This document shows, piece after piece, positions 26,107-34,690 of a DNA stretch of 43,643 nucleotides. Origin of the DNA: Nitrospirota bacterium (GTDB lineage Bacteria; Nitrospirota; UBA9217); NCBI GenBank assembly GCA_029858565.1, contig JAOUEV010000028.1, forward strand, positions 1 through 43,643, given 5' to 3'. Under the pieces are notes generated by a model. That model did no database searches, was not told where the DNA came from, and saw only the letters and a program-made list of their open reading frames with translations. The translations under genes were made by a program, and so were the position numbers. Positions within the stretch are counted from its first letter, which is position 1; each line of letters begins with the position of its first letter.

Positions 26107-26400
26107 ATGAAGAAAGCGAAGTTGAAGACAACGAAGTGGGATGTAGTGGATTATTTAAAAACGGAAAAGGATATAGTGGAGTATCTTGAAGCTGCCATGG
26201 AGGATGGACATCCTGCGGTTATTGCGACTGCGATCGGGAACATCGCCCGCGCAAAGGGAATGACACAAGTCGCCCGTAAAGCAGGGATCGGCCGTGTCAG
26301 TCTTTATAAAGCGCTTTCGCCGGACGGAAATCCTGAGTTTGCAACGATCCTCAAGGTGGTGAAGGCGTTGGGGCTGCGGTTGCACGCGACAACATCGTAG
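26107..26400 (+). CDS. HTH addiction-module antidote (HI1420-like) (97 aa)
   Basis: SD AGGAGG; WDVVDYL...YLEAA...IARAKGMTQVA...RVSLYKALSPDGNPEFATI. Confidence 0.93.
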   Translation: MKKAKLKTTKWDVVDYLKTEKDIVEYLEAAMEDGHPAVIATAIGNIARAKGMTQVARKAGIGRVSLYKALSPDGNPEFATILKVVKALGLRLHATTS

Positions 26401-26410
26401 CGAAAACGTC

Positions 26411-26439
26411 TTGACGCCTCGCGGCGAGCGGTATATACT
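26411..26439 (+). promoter_or_regulatory. Promoter TTGACG-17-TATACT of the MazF-type pair
   Basis: -35 at 26411-26416, -10 at 26434-26439, then SD GGAGGAGG. Confidence 0.7.
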
Positions 26440-26466
26440 TCTGGTGATACCTGGAGGAGGCATGCC

Positions 26467-26706
26467 ATGTCCAAGACCCTTTCGTTGAAACTGCAGGATG
26501 ACATCTTTACGGAAACCGAGGAAGTCATCGCAGCGGTCCATAAACCGAGAAATCTGTATATTAACGATGCGTTGAGTTTCTATAACAGTTTCATGAAGAG
26601 AACGCTGATGCGCACGCGGTTGAAAAAGGAATCCCGCCTGGTCTCGGAATCTTCGCTTGAGGCGCTGCAGGAACTGGAGCTGATCGAAGACAAACTGCCG
26701 AGATGA
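26467..26706 (+). CDS. Putative RHH-type antitoxin of the PemK/MazF toxin (79 aa)
   Basis: KTLSLKLQDDIF...RNLYINDAL (beta-alpha-alpha pattern), acidic C-terminus; ATGA overlap with the toxin. Confidence 0.75.
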   Translation: MSKTLSLKLQDDIFTETEEVIAAVHKPRNLYINDALSFYNSFMKRTLMRTRLKKESRLVSESSLEALQELELIEDKLPR

Positions 26707-27044
26707 CACCGCGCAAATTCCACGTCTATACCGCCGACCTCAATCCCCGATTCGGGACCGAACCGGGAAAAGTTCGCCCCGTAGTCGTCATCCAAACGAA
26801 TCTCCTCAACGAAGATCATCCCAGCACGATTGTCTGCCCTATTACCACGAAGGTCCTGCCTGAGGTGGAAATCCTGCGCATCCATCTCAAGAAGGGCGAG
26901 GCCGGCCTGGACAAAGACTCCGATATCATCGTTGATCAGATACGCTCGATCGACAATAAGAGATTTCGGGACCATCTCGGCGAGATATCGGACAAGCATA
27001 AACAGCTTCTCCTGGGCAGTTTGAGGGTCATCATCCTTGAATAA
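26703..27044 (+). CDS. mazF: PemK/MazF family endoribonuclease toxin (113 aa)
   Basis: ADLNPRFGTEPGKVRPVVVIQ...TIVCPITT...DQIRSIDNKR. Confidence 0.93.
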   Translation: MTPRKFHVYTADLNPRFGTEPGKVRPVVVIQTNLLNEDHPSTIVCPITTKVLPEVEILRIHLKKGEAGLDKDSDIIVDQIRSIDNKRFRDHLGEISDKHKQLLLGSLRVIILE

Positions 27045-27070
27045 ATCGCATGCGATGAGTTTTCGACACT

Positions 27071-27139
27071 AGGGACATCAAAACCCACAAAACAAAAAAG
27101 GACTACGAAACCGCGCTGAAAGAAATCCCGTTGCTCTTC
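27071..27139 (+). pseudogene. Remnant of the N-terminus of a HigA-type antitoxin
   Basis: Frame reads (AGG)DIKTHKTKKDYETALKEIPLLF, resembling the MDIKPIKT..DY..AL.EI..LF start of HigA antitoxins; no start codon and no HTH follows. Confidence 0.5.
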
Positions 27140-27321
27140 TCGACGACTACAGTGCTTATGAAAGGGTTAAAATGAAACGATTCCGGGTGAATATCTCAAC
27201 AAACCATCGCCTTTGTTTGTTCAGTGTGGGCAGGCTGTAATGTCTGCTGCGGTGTCCTGTACCTTTAAACCTGAATAAAACAATATCTATGTCTGTATTT
27301 GATAGCTTGATTGACGACGCC

Positions 27322-27891
27322 ATGAAAGAACGCCCCATAGTATTTGCTGCGGATGCCGTGCCAGCGATCTATGATCTTATGGAGACCCAAACGCGCAGAC
27401 TGGTTCTTCCGCAGCCCGCCTCAGCCAGATCGGCAATTTCAGCTCAGTGTCCCTATGGCGAGCCGGGAGACACCTTGTGGGTGCGTGAAAAATGGGCAAT
27501 TCTAACGAAAACCGTTGTCTATGGGGCCAAGACCGCGTTGTATGATCGGACCCGCACGCAGTTGCAATCAGTCAAGTGGAACAGTCCGACCACTATGCCG
27601 CGAAGTGCCGCACGGTTGTTCCTGACCATTCGGAATGTCCGTATCCAGAGGCTGCAGGATATAACGAAGGGCGAGGCTCAAGAGGAAGGATATGAGTTTA
27701 GTGCTCGTTATTTTCCGCGAGAATGGTTCGCCCTCACCTGGGACAGATCAGCGCGCAGGAGCGGATATACCTGGAAAAAGAATCCCTTCGTATGGGTCAT
27801 AGAGTTCAAGGTGGATGAATCGAAAACGAAAGACGTCAGGGAAAATATGCGGCCGGTTGCGTGTGCCTATCCCGTGGGCCTGCAAGGCTAA
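27322..27891 (+). CDS. Phage-type ASCH/PUA-like domain protein (~189 aa)
   Basis: MKERPIVF...TQTRR...CPYGEPGDTLWVRE...MPRSAARLFL.I..VRIQRLQDI...EG...W..NPFVWVIEF, the pattern of a common prophage protein family. Confidence 0.8.
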   Translation: MKERPIVFAADAVPAIYDLMETQTRRLVLPQPASARSAISAQCPYGEPGDTLWVREKWAILTKTVVYGAKTALYDRTRTQLQSVKWNSPTTMPRSAARLFLTIRNVRIQRLQDITKGEAQEEGYEFSARYFPREWFALTWDRSARRSGYTWKKNPFVWVIEFKVDESKTKDVRENMRPVACAYPVGLQG

Positions 27892-27896
27892 TTCAG

Positions 27897-27925
27897 TTGA
27901 CAATATGTCAAAAATGACATATTCT
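27897..27925 (+). promoter_or_regulatory. Promoter TTGACA-17-TATTCT with perfect operator AATATGTCA-AAAA-TGACATATT
   Basis: -35 at 27897-27902, -10 at 27920-27925; 9-bp inverted repeat 27902-27923 fills the spacer. Confidence 0.8.
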
Positions 27926-27933
27926 GTATTTAG

Positions 27934-28269
27934 ATGACGAAGCAAAAACCAATTGTATGGCTGCATGGTGAGGTCAAGACCCCGCCTCTTTCCGCCGAAG
28001 CACGGGTAGAGGTGGGGTATCTTTTGCGGATGCTGCAGAGCAATGCGCGTTTATCGTTGCCTCATTCAAGGCCCATGACTTCTATATGCGCAAGATGTCA
28101 TGAGCTGAGGATCAACGATGAGGATAAGACATGGCGAATTATATACCGGCTTGATGTCGATGCGGTTGTTATTTTGGAGGTTTTTGAAAAGAAGAGCCAA
28201 AAGACGCCGAAACATGTTATTGATGTCTGCAAGAAGCGGTTGATTCATTATGAGAGCAGTGTGAGGTGA
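27934..28269 (+). CDS. RelE-superfamily toxin, Gp49/HigB-like (111 aa)
   Basis: KPIVWLHGEVKTPP.S..AR.E.G.LLR.LQ...PHSRPM..I..RCHELRI...WRIIYR...LEVFEKKSQKTP. Confidence 0.9.
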   Translation: MTKQKPIVWLHGEVKTPPLSAEARVEVGYLLRMLQSNARLSLPHSRPMTSICARCHELRINDEDKTWRIIYRLDVDAVVILEVFEKKSQKTPKHVIDVCKKRLIHYESSVR

Positions 28270-28274
28270 TTGCG

Positions 28275-28595
28275 ATGAAAAAAGATAAAATGAAAAAACT
28301 TGAAAAGAAGGGCTGGAAGGTCGGGAACGTATCCGAGTTCCTTCATTTGAGCCCTGAAGAGGAAGAGTACATCGAGATGAAGCTTATCCTCTCGAATTAT
28401 TTTCAGGAACTGAGGAAACGGAAGAACCTCACTCAGGTGCAGGTTGCGGCTAGGATCAGATCCAGTCAGTCACGGGTCGCCAAAATTGAGCGCGCTGAAT
28501 CTTCTGTTTCACTTGACCTTATTGTGCGGTCTATCATAGCTCTTGGTTCGTCAAAAAAAGAGATCGGTAAAGTCATGCTTGCGAAAACGGCATAG
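28275..28595 (+). CDS. XRE-HTH antitoxin (HigA-like) (106 aa)
   Basis: GWKVG...FL.LS.EE; LTQVQVAARIRSSQSRVAKIE HTH; follows the toxin. Confidence 0.9.
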   Translation: MKKDKMKKLEKKGWKVGNVSEFLHLSPEEEEYIEMKLILSNYFQELRKRKNLTQVQVAARIRSSQSRVAKIERAESSVSLDLIVRSIIALGSSKKEIGKVMLAKTA

Positions 28596-28609
28596 CGAGC
28601 TCTTTTTTA

Positions 28610-30442
28610 ATGTCCACTTCACAATCCTCGAATACAAGTCTTCACCACACCCTCCGAACGATCTTTGGCTTCGAGTCTTTCCGGCCGAACCAGGCGGAGA
28701 TCGTCGCGAACATCCTGGCGAAACGGGACGTGTTCGGCGTCATGCCCACGGGTGGGGGGAAGTCGCTGTGCTATCAGCTGCCGGCGCTCCTGATGGAGGG
28801 GACAGCAGTGGTGATCAGCCCGCTGATCTCCTTGATGAAAGATCAGGTGGATGCTGCGCAGGAGAACGGGATCTCAGCGGAGTTCCTGAACAGTTCGCTT
28901 GGGACAAGAGAGATGTCCGAGGTCTTTCGCAAGCTCAGATCCGGCACGGTCAAGCTGCTGTATATCGCGCCGGAACGTTTTGCCATGTCGCAGTTCATGG
29001 AGCTGTTGCAGGAGATGTCGATCTCACTCTTTGCTATTGACGAAGCGCACTGCATCTCCGAGTGGGGCCATGATTTCCGGCCGGATTATCTTGCGCTTTC
29101 TTCTATTCCAAAACAGTTTCCGGAAGTGCCTGTTGCAGCGTTCACGGCAACAGCCACGGAAAAGGTCCAGCAGGACATTATTAGAAAAATCGGCCTCAGA
29201 TCGCCTTTCACAGTACGCGCGTCCTTTAACCGGCCGAATCTGTTTTATCAGGTTGCTGCAAAGTCCGATGTCCATCAACAGATCCTCGATTTTCTCAAGG
29301 ACCATAAGGACGAATCAGGCATTGTGTACCGGACAACGCGGGACGCGGTTGAATCTACTGCTGATTTTTTGTCGTCCCAGGGCATCAAGGCGCTGCCCTA
29401 TCATGCGGGGCTGCCGTCAGAAGAGCGCGAGAAGAACCAGGAGGCCTTCAACCGGGACGAAGTGTCGGTGATCGTGGCAACGATCGCATTCGGCATGGGC
29501 ATCGACAAGTCGAATGTCCGGTTCGTGGTCCATGCGGACCTGCCGCGCCACATCGAGGGCTATTACCAGGAGACGGGCCGCGCGGGCCGTGACGGGGAGC
29601 CTGCTCACTGTCTGCTCTATTTCGGTCGGGGCGACATTCCGAAGATCACCTATTTCATCAACCAGATGTCGGACGATGCAGAACGGACCATTGCGCAGGA
29701 AAAGCTGAACCAGACCATACGGTTCGCATCCTATAATGCCTGCAGACGCAAACAGCTTCTCTCTTTTTTCGGGGAGACCTATCCCCTGGACAACTGCAGG
29801 ACCTGCGATATCTGTACCGGTTCCGTTGAGAAGATCGATATCTCTACGGACAGCCAGATCGTCATGTCCGCCATGGCCAGGACCAATGAACGATTCGGCA
29901 TCACCCATATCATGGACGTGGTCATGGGCGCGAACACCCAGCGGGTACGCGACCTTGGCCACAGCAGCATCAAGACCTTTGGTGCGGGCAAAGACAAGGA
30001 CAAACGGCACTGGCAGTTCATCATCGGTGAGCTGCTTGCGCAGGAGTTCATCAGACAGGATGGCGACCGTTATCCCGTTCTGAAGATGACAGCCCGGGGC
30101 AGCGACGCGCTCCGGGGAAAAGAGCCGGTCTTCGGCATCAAGCGGGAAGAGCCGAAGGCGTCAGGCCGAAGGCGTAAGATCAGTGAAGGGGCGGCGTTCG
30201 ATGAACAGCTCTTTGAAAAGCTTCGAGCGGTCCGGAAGCGGCTGGCTGACGAGCACCATGTGCCGCCTTATGTTATATTTTCAGACAAGACCCTGCATGA
30301 GATGTGCAGACATTATCCGATGAGTCCCGCGGACATGCGGCAGGTCCACGGGGTGGGCGACGTGAAACTGGAGAAATACGGAGCGGTTTTTCTCGGCGAG
30401 CTGCGGGCGTACCGGGAGAACGAGGGGAGATCGAACAAATGA
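28610..30442 (+). CDS. recQ: ATP-dependent DNA helicase RecQ (610 aa)
   Basis: MPTGGGKSLCYQ, DEAHCISEWGHDFRP, ATIAFGMGIDK, QETGRAGRDG, Zn-binding CRR...CxxCDIC, RQC and HRDC domains. Confidence 0.97.
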   Translation: MSTSQSSNTSLHHTLRTIFGFESFRPNQAEIVANILAKRDVFGVMPTGGGKSLCYQLPALLMEGTAVVISPLISLMKDQVDAAQENGISAEFLNSSLGTREMSEVFRKLRSGTVKLLYIAPERFAMSQFMELLQEMSISLFAIDEAHCISEWGHDFRPDYLALSSIPKQFPEVPVAAFTATATEKVQQDIIRKIGLRSPFTVRASFNRPNLFYQVAAKSDVHQQILDFLKDHKDESGIVYRTTRDAVESTADFLSSQGIKALPYHAGLPSEEREKNQEAFNRDEVSVIVATIAFGMGIDKSNVRFVVHADLPRHIEGYYQETGRAGRDGEPAHCLLYFGRGDIPKITYFINQMSDDAERTIAQEKLNQTIRFASYNACRRKQLLSFFGETYPLDNCRTCDICTGSVEKIDISTDSQIVMSAMARTNERFGITHIMDVVMGANTQRVRDLGHSSIKTFGAGKDKDKRHWQFIIGELLAQEFIRQDGDRYPVLKMTARGSDALRGKEPVFGIKREEPKASGRRRKISEGAAFDEQLFEKLRAVRKRLADEHHVPPYVIFSDKTLHEMCRHYPMSPADMRQVHGVGDVKLEKYGAVFLGELRAYRENEGRSNK

Positions 30443-30831
30443 TCGACGTCACCTGCGCCATCATCATCCAGAACACCAGGATCCTCTGCGTGCAGCGAGG
30501 CCGCGGGCGGCATCTGGCGGGAAAATGGGAGTTTCCCGGCGGGAAGGTGCATGACGGGGAGGCCATGGAAGCCTCGATCGTGAGAGAGGTGCGGGAGGAG
30601 CTGGACCTGGATATCGAAGTGAGGGAAAAACTGAACGCGGTCACCTACGAGTATCCTGACAAGACCGTGCGCCTGGTGCCTTTCATCTGCCGCATCACCG
30701 GAGGGAAGCTCCGTCTTCATGAACATCAGGCCCATCAGTGGCTTGATCCGGCCGACCTCGACAGGCTGGACTGGTGCGATGCTGACCGTCCGATCATACA
30801 AGAACTGCAGAGAGCAAGATTAAATCGTTGA
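30439..30831 (+). CDS. mutT: MutT/NudG-like Nudix (d)NTP pyrophosphohydrolase (130 aa)
   Basis: ATGA overlap with recQ; GKWEFPGGKVHDGE...IVREVREEL Nudix box; LDWCDAD. Confidence 0.85.
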   Translation: MIDVTCAIIIQNTRILCVQRGRGRHLAGKWEFPGGKVHDGEAMEASIVREVREELDLDIEVREKLNAVTYEYPDKTVRLVPFICRITGGKLRLHEHQAHQWLDPADLDRLDWCDADRPIIQELQRARLNR

Positions 30832-30927
30832 GCATTTAGGCCACGGAAGAGGCGGATAGCTTCTGGTAAAGACGGCTTGTTCCCGTGGTCACGTAGCGGT
30901 CTGCAAGATTGATGTCGGTTCGCTTCT

Positions 30928-30955
30928 CTCTGCGTCTCCGCGTTTTTGCGCGAGA
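30928..30955. repeat. Half-site of the 8-nt periodic element family (CTCTGCGT CTCCGCGT TTTTGCGC GAGA)
   Basis: Shares the TTTGCGCGAGA terminus with the element at 40301-40400. Confidence 0.55.
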
Positions 30956-30984
30956 AAAGATCTGCTTCTCGTCTGGCTTGGCAC

Positions 30985-33474
30985 TTAGACCGCGTTCATC
31001 GGGTCTTTCCACTCGCCATCCACCTTGCAGAACACGGCAGTGCGCCTGATCCGCGTCATGGTTGTCTCCTCGTCCGACAGTTCAAGGAGAACGCGGACGA
31101 CATCCTGGATGCGCGGTTTCACATTATCTTTATCCTCGAGCATCACCTCAAGCGAATCCGCTCCGGCGACTGCTATCGCAGTGATGCCCGGCCGGATGTC
31201 CTTTGATTTGCCTTCACGCGACACTTCTACGGAACTTCTCTGGAGAAGCGCATGGATCCTCTCCTCAACACCTGACCGCCTGCTCCCCGGTATCGTGACT
31301 GAATACTGATATCTCGTGATGGCTCCTGCCAGAGAGGGCGTTTTTCTCGGTACGATGCGCGCTTCAAGGATGCGGAGGCCTTCCGGCAGGGCGTGATTGA
31401 GCTCCTTGGTCACGGTGAGCAGGTCGACGAGCGGATCGGTCTCCATGTCGAAAAATTCCGCATCGCTCTCCATGCCTACGGACAAGGGCGGGCCAAAGGC
31501 CATCTTCGGATGGGGATTGAACCCCTGGGAGAAGGCAATGGGGATGTTCGCCCGCATGACCGCGCGGTGCAGCAGGGTCATAAAATCAAGATGGGACAGG
31601 AACCGTATCTTGCCGGTCTTGGCGTACTTTATCCGGATCTTGCTGAGCATTTCCGGATTAACGGCAGCTGACGGTCGTGGCGATTGTGCGGTCTGCGCCG
31701 CGGACGAAGATGCTGTCCGCGCCGGCTTCCCGAGCTCCACGGTTCCGCCGTCCCTGCACCCCAGCCCGCAGTGGGTGCACTCCTCGCGGCAGTTGCCGGT
31801 CGCTTCAGCGGCGACCGCTTTGTGGTATTCCTTTTCCAGGAACTCCCTGGTCACGCCTGGCTTGACATGGTCCCAGGGCAGCGGGTCCTCGATGGAGAAC
31901 TTTCGCTCTGCCGTCTGGTGAAGATCGATACCGCAGCGCTTGAACGTCTCTTCCCACGCGGGAAAACTGAAGCACTCGGTCCAGCCGTCCATGCGGCATC
32001 CCCGGTCAACAGCCGCCTCGATCACCCGTCCCAACTCCCTGCCGCCACGCGCAAAGGCCCCTTCAAGAAGACTTGTTTCGGGATTGTGGGTCTTGAGCGA
32101 AATACCGCGTTTGCGCAGGCCCTGCTGGAGGTACGCCTGCTTTCGCCTTACCTCGGTGATCGGGATCTGTCCATGCCACTGGAAGGGCGTGTGCGGCTTG
32201 GGCACAAAGGTCGAAACGCTGACGTTCAGCTGCACATGGCGGCGCGACGACCGTTTGCCCAGTGCGAGCAGTTCGTTCGCCAGCTTGATGATGCCGTCCA
32301 GGTCCTCGTCGGTCTCGGTCGGCAGGCCGATCATGAAATAGAGCTTGATCACGCTCCACCCGTTCCTGAAGATCGTTTCCGCCGCATCCAGAAGGTCCAG
32401 GTCGCTCACGGGCTTGTTGATCACCCGGCGGAGCCGTTCGGTGCCCGCCTCGGGCGCGAGCGTGAACCCGGTCTTTCTGGTCGATGCAATGGCCTTGATC
32501 ATCGCCGGCGTGAGCGTGCCGACGCGGAGGGAAGGAAGGGAAACGGACACGCGGCTGTCGCGGTAGCGGTCCATCAAATCGACGACGAGGGATTCGATCT
32601 CCGAGTGATCGCCGGAACTCAGGGATGCGAGCGAGAGCTCCTCATATCCCGTACAGGCAAGGGAGTGCTGCAGAAGGTCCTTGACGCGCCCGGAGCTCCG
32701 CTCGCGGTAGGGGCGGTAGATCACGCCTGCCTGGCAGAAGCGGCATCCCCGGATGCAGCCCCGCGCCACCTCGACCGTGACCCGGTCATGGACCGGCTTC
32801 ATGAGCGGCAGGATCGGGCGGTCAGGATAGGGCGCGGTCTCGATCGAGGCGAGGCGCCGCCTGCGCACGGTCGACCTGCCGAGCGAGGGAACATAGAAGC
32901 CGTCACGTGCGGCCAGCTCGGCCAGATACTGTTTGCGGTTCTGGTGCCGCTGCCGGAGGTCCACCATCTCATGGATTGCTTCTTCCGCCTCGCCGATGAA
33001 GAAGACATCGATGAAATCCGCGAGCGGTTCGGGATTCACGGCGCAGGGACCGCCCGCGATAACGATCGGGTGGTCATTGGTGCGGTCGGCGGCCCTGACC
33101 GGGATATGGGAGAGCTTGAGCGCGGCGACGATGTTGGTGTAGGACAGCTCGTATTGAAGCGTGATCCCCAGGATGTCGAAGGAGGAGACCGGCAGGTTCG
33201 TTTCCAGGCTGGTGAGCGGCCTGCCTGACGCGGTCAACAGCTTCTCATAATCGGTCCAGGGCGAGAAAACCCGTTCGGCCACCGTGTCCTCACGGCTGTT
33301 CAGGATATGGTAGAGGATCCGGAGCCCCAGGTGGGACATGCCGACCTCATAGGTGTCGGGAAAGAGCAGGCAGACCTTTGTCCGGACCTTGTCACGATCT
33401 TTCCGGACAACGTTTACTTCCTGGTCTATGTATCGTGCGGGCTTAGAGACGAGCGGGAGGAAATCTTCGTACAT
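30985..33474 (-). CDS. B12-binding-like radical SAM protein (TIGR03960-type) fused to the radical-SAM-linked domain (TIGR03936-type) (829 aa)
   Basis: KPARY, FPDTYEVGMSHLG, RGCIRGCRFCQAG (CxxxCxxC), APEAGTERLR, C-terminal RFLSHLD...FSQGFNPHP. Confidence 0.92.
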   Translation of the reverse strand: MYEDFLPLVSKPARYIDQEVNVVRKDRDKVRTKVCLLFPDTYEVGMSHLGLRILYHILNSREDTVAERVFSPWTDYEKLLTASGRPLTSLETNLPVSSFDILGITLQYELSYTNIVAALKLSHIPVRAADRTNDHPIVIAGGPCAVNPEPLADFIDVFFIGEAEEAIHEMVDLRQRHQNRKQYLAELAARDGFYVPSLGRSTVRRRRLASIETAPYPDRPILPLMKPVHDRVTVEVARGCIRGCRFCQAGVIYRPYRERSSGRVKDLLQHSLACTGYEELSLASLSSGDHSEIESLVVDLMDRYRDSRVSVSLPSLRVGTLTPAMIKAIASTRKTGFTLAPEAGTERLRRVINKPVSDLDLLDAAETIFRNGWSVIKLYFMIGLPTETDEDLDGIIKLANELLALGKRSSRRHVQLNVSVSTFVPKPHTPFQWHGQIPITEVRRKQAYLQQGLRKRGISLKTHNPETSLLEGAFARGGRELGRVIEAAVDRGCRMDGWTECFSFPAWEETFKRCGIDLHQTAERKFSIEDPLPWDHVKPGVTREFLEKEYHKAVAAEATGNCREECTHCGLGCRDGGTVELGKPARTASSSAAQTAQSPRPSAAVNPEMLSKIRIKYAKTGKIRFLSHLDFMTLLHRAVMRANIPIAFSQGFNPHPKMAFGPPLSVGMESDAEFFDMETDPLVDLLTVTKELNHALPEGLRILEARIVPRKTPSLAGAITRYQYSVTIPGSRRSGVEERIHALLQRSSVEVSREGKSKDIRPGITAIAVAGADSLEVMLEDKDNVKPRIQDVVRVLLELSDEETTMTRIRRTAVFCKVDGEWKDPMNAV

Positions 33475-33483
33475 GAGAACCCC

Positions 33484-33552
33484 GAGAGACGAGAGACGAG
33501 AGACGGGAGACGAGAACGACGATACTCGTCTCTTGTCCCTTGTCACTTGTCT
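33484..33552. repeat. Heptamer-array hairpin: (GAGAGAC)x4-like arm facing a (CTTGTCN)x4-like arm
   Basis: GAGAGAC at 33484, 33491, 33498, GGGAGAC at 33505; CTCGTCT CTTGTCC CTTGTCA CTTGTCT at 33525-33552. Confidence 0.8.
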
Positions 33553-33559
33553 CTGCAGT

Positions 33560-34690
33560 TTAGTAAAACAACATAAACCTGCGTGAACGGATATTCAAGA
33601 GCAATCCGATGGCGAGGAAGGTGGTGATGACGGACGTACCGCCGTAGCTTATCAACGGGAGCGGCACGCCCACGACCGGCAGGATGCCGACGGACATTCC
33701 GATGTTGATGCAGACATAGAGGGACAGCATGGACACGATGCCTCCCGCCATAAGAACACCGAGCCGGTCCTTGGCCCCCTTCGCGGTCTCCAGGCCGACG
33801 AACAGAAAGACGACGTAGACCACGATCAGGAAGCTTGCCCCGAGGAAGCCGCGTTCTTCTGCGATGACCGCGAAGATGAAGTCCGTGTGGCGCTCGGGCA
33901 GGAAGGCCATCTGCCCCTGGGTCCCCTTGCGGAACCCTTTTCCCGTGGTCTGGCCGGAACCCACGGCGATCTTGGCCTGGGACGCATGGTAGCCGCTTCC
34001 CAGGGGGTCCGACGACGGATCGAGGAACGCTTTGATGCGCTTCTGCTGGTACGGCTTCAGGGATGTCCATATCTTATGGCGCACCGGCGGCACGAGGAAC
34101 ACGGCAGAGGCGAGCACCGCGCCGGCCACGGCAAGGACCATGATGGAGCGGAACTTGATGCCCGCCAGCAGGATAATGAGCGAGGAAGTGAACAGGAGCA
34201 TGAGCGCGGTGCCGAGGTCGGGCTGCTTCAGCACGAGCAGCAGGGGCACCGCGATCATGGCACCGGGGATCGCAAGATCGCGGAGCTCGTAGCCGCCCCC
34301 CCGCGGATCCTCCGCAAAGTAGCGGGCCAGAGCAAGGACCAGGGAGATCTTCGCCAGCTCCGAAGGCTGGAACGCGAAGGGTCCGAGGGGCAGCCATCGC
34401 TGGGCTCCCATGCCCGTCTTTCCCACAAGGGCAACCAGGATCAGGAAAAAGACCGACAGAACATACAGAACATAAGCATAGCGCCCTACGGTATGGTAGT
34501 CCGGGACCAGAGCCGCGAACATGACGATGATCCCCAGGGAGATCCATATGAACTGCTTGGTGAACAGCGATGAGATGCCCGACTCGGAGTAGGTCGCGCT
34601 GTATACGGACGAAAGGCCGAACATCGCGATCCCGATCACGAGGATCACCATCCCCCAGGGGATATTACTGACCGTTCTTCGTTCCAGCAT
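33560..34690 (-). CDS. rodA: Rod shape-determining SEDS glycosyltransferase RodA (376 aa)
   Basis: GAQRW...FQPSELAK, QPDLGTA, PERHTDFIFAVIAEERG, GVPLPLISYGG; follows mrdA. Confidence 0.97.
   Translation of the reverse strand: MLERRTVSNIPWGMVILVIGIAMFGLSSVYSATYSESGISSLFTKQFIWISLGIIVMFAALVPDYHTVGRYAYVLYVLSVFFLILVALVGKTGMGAQRWLPLGPFAFQPSELAKISLVLALARYFAEDPRGGGYELRDLAIPGAMIAVPLLLVLKQPDLGTALMLLFTSSLIILLAGIKFRSIMVLAVAGAVLASAVFLVPPVRHKIWTSLKPYQQKRIKAFLDPSSDPLGSGYHASQAKIAVGSGQTTGKGFRKGTQGQMAFLPERHTDFIFAVIAEERGFLGASFLIVVYVVFLFVGLETAKGAKDRLGVLMAGGIVSMLSLYVCINIGMSVGILPVVGVPLPLISYGGTSVITTFLAIGLLLNIRSRRFMLFY

Noticed and set aside
25772-28595. Integron cassette array
   Set aside because: No intI and no recognisable attC (RYYYAAC...GTTRRRY) structures between genes; a covariance search would be needed to exclude it fully
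31684-33228. 514-aa plus-strand ORF
   Set aside because: Antisense shadow of the radical SAM gene
34665-34690. 26-nt mrdA/rodA overlap
   Set aside because: Short overlaps are ordinary in this operon
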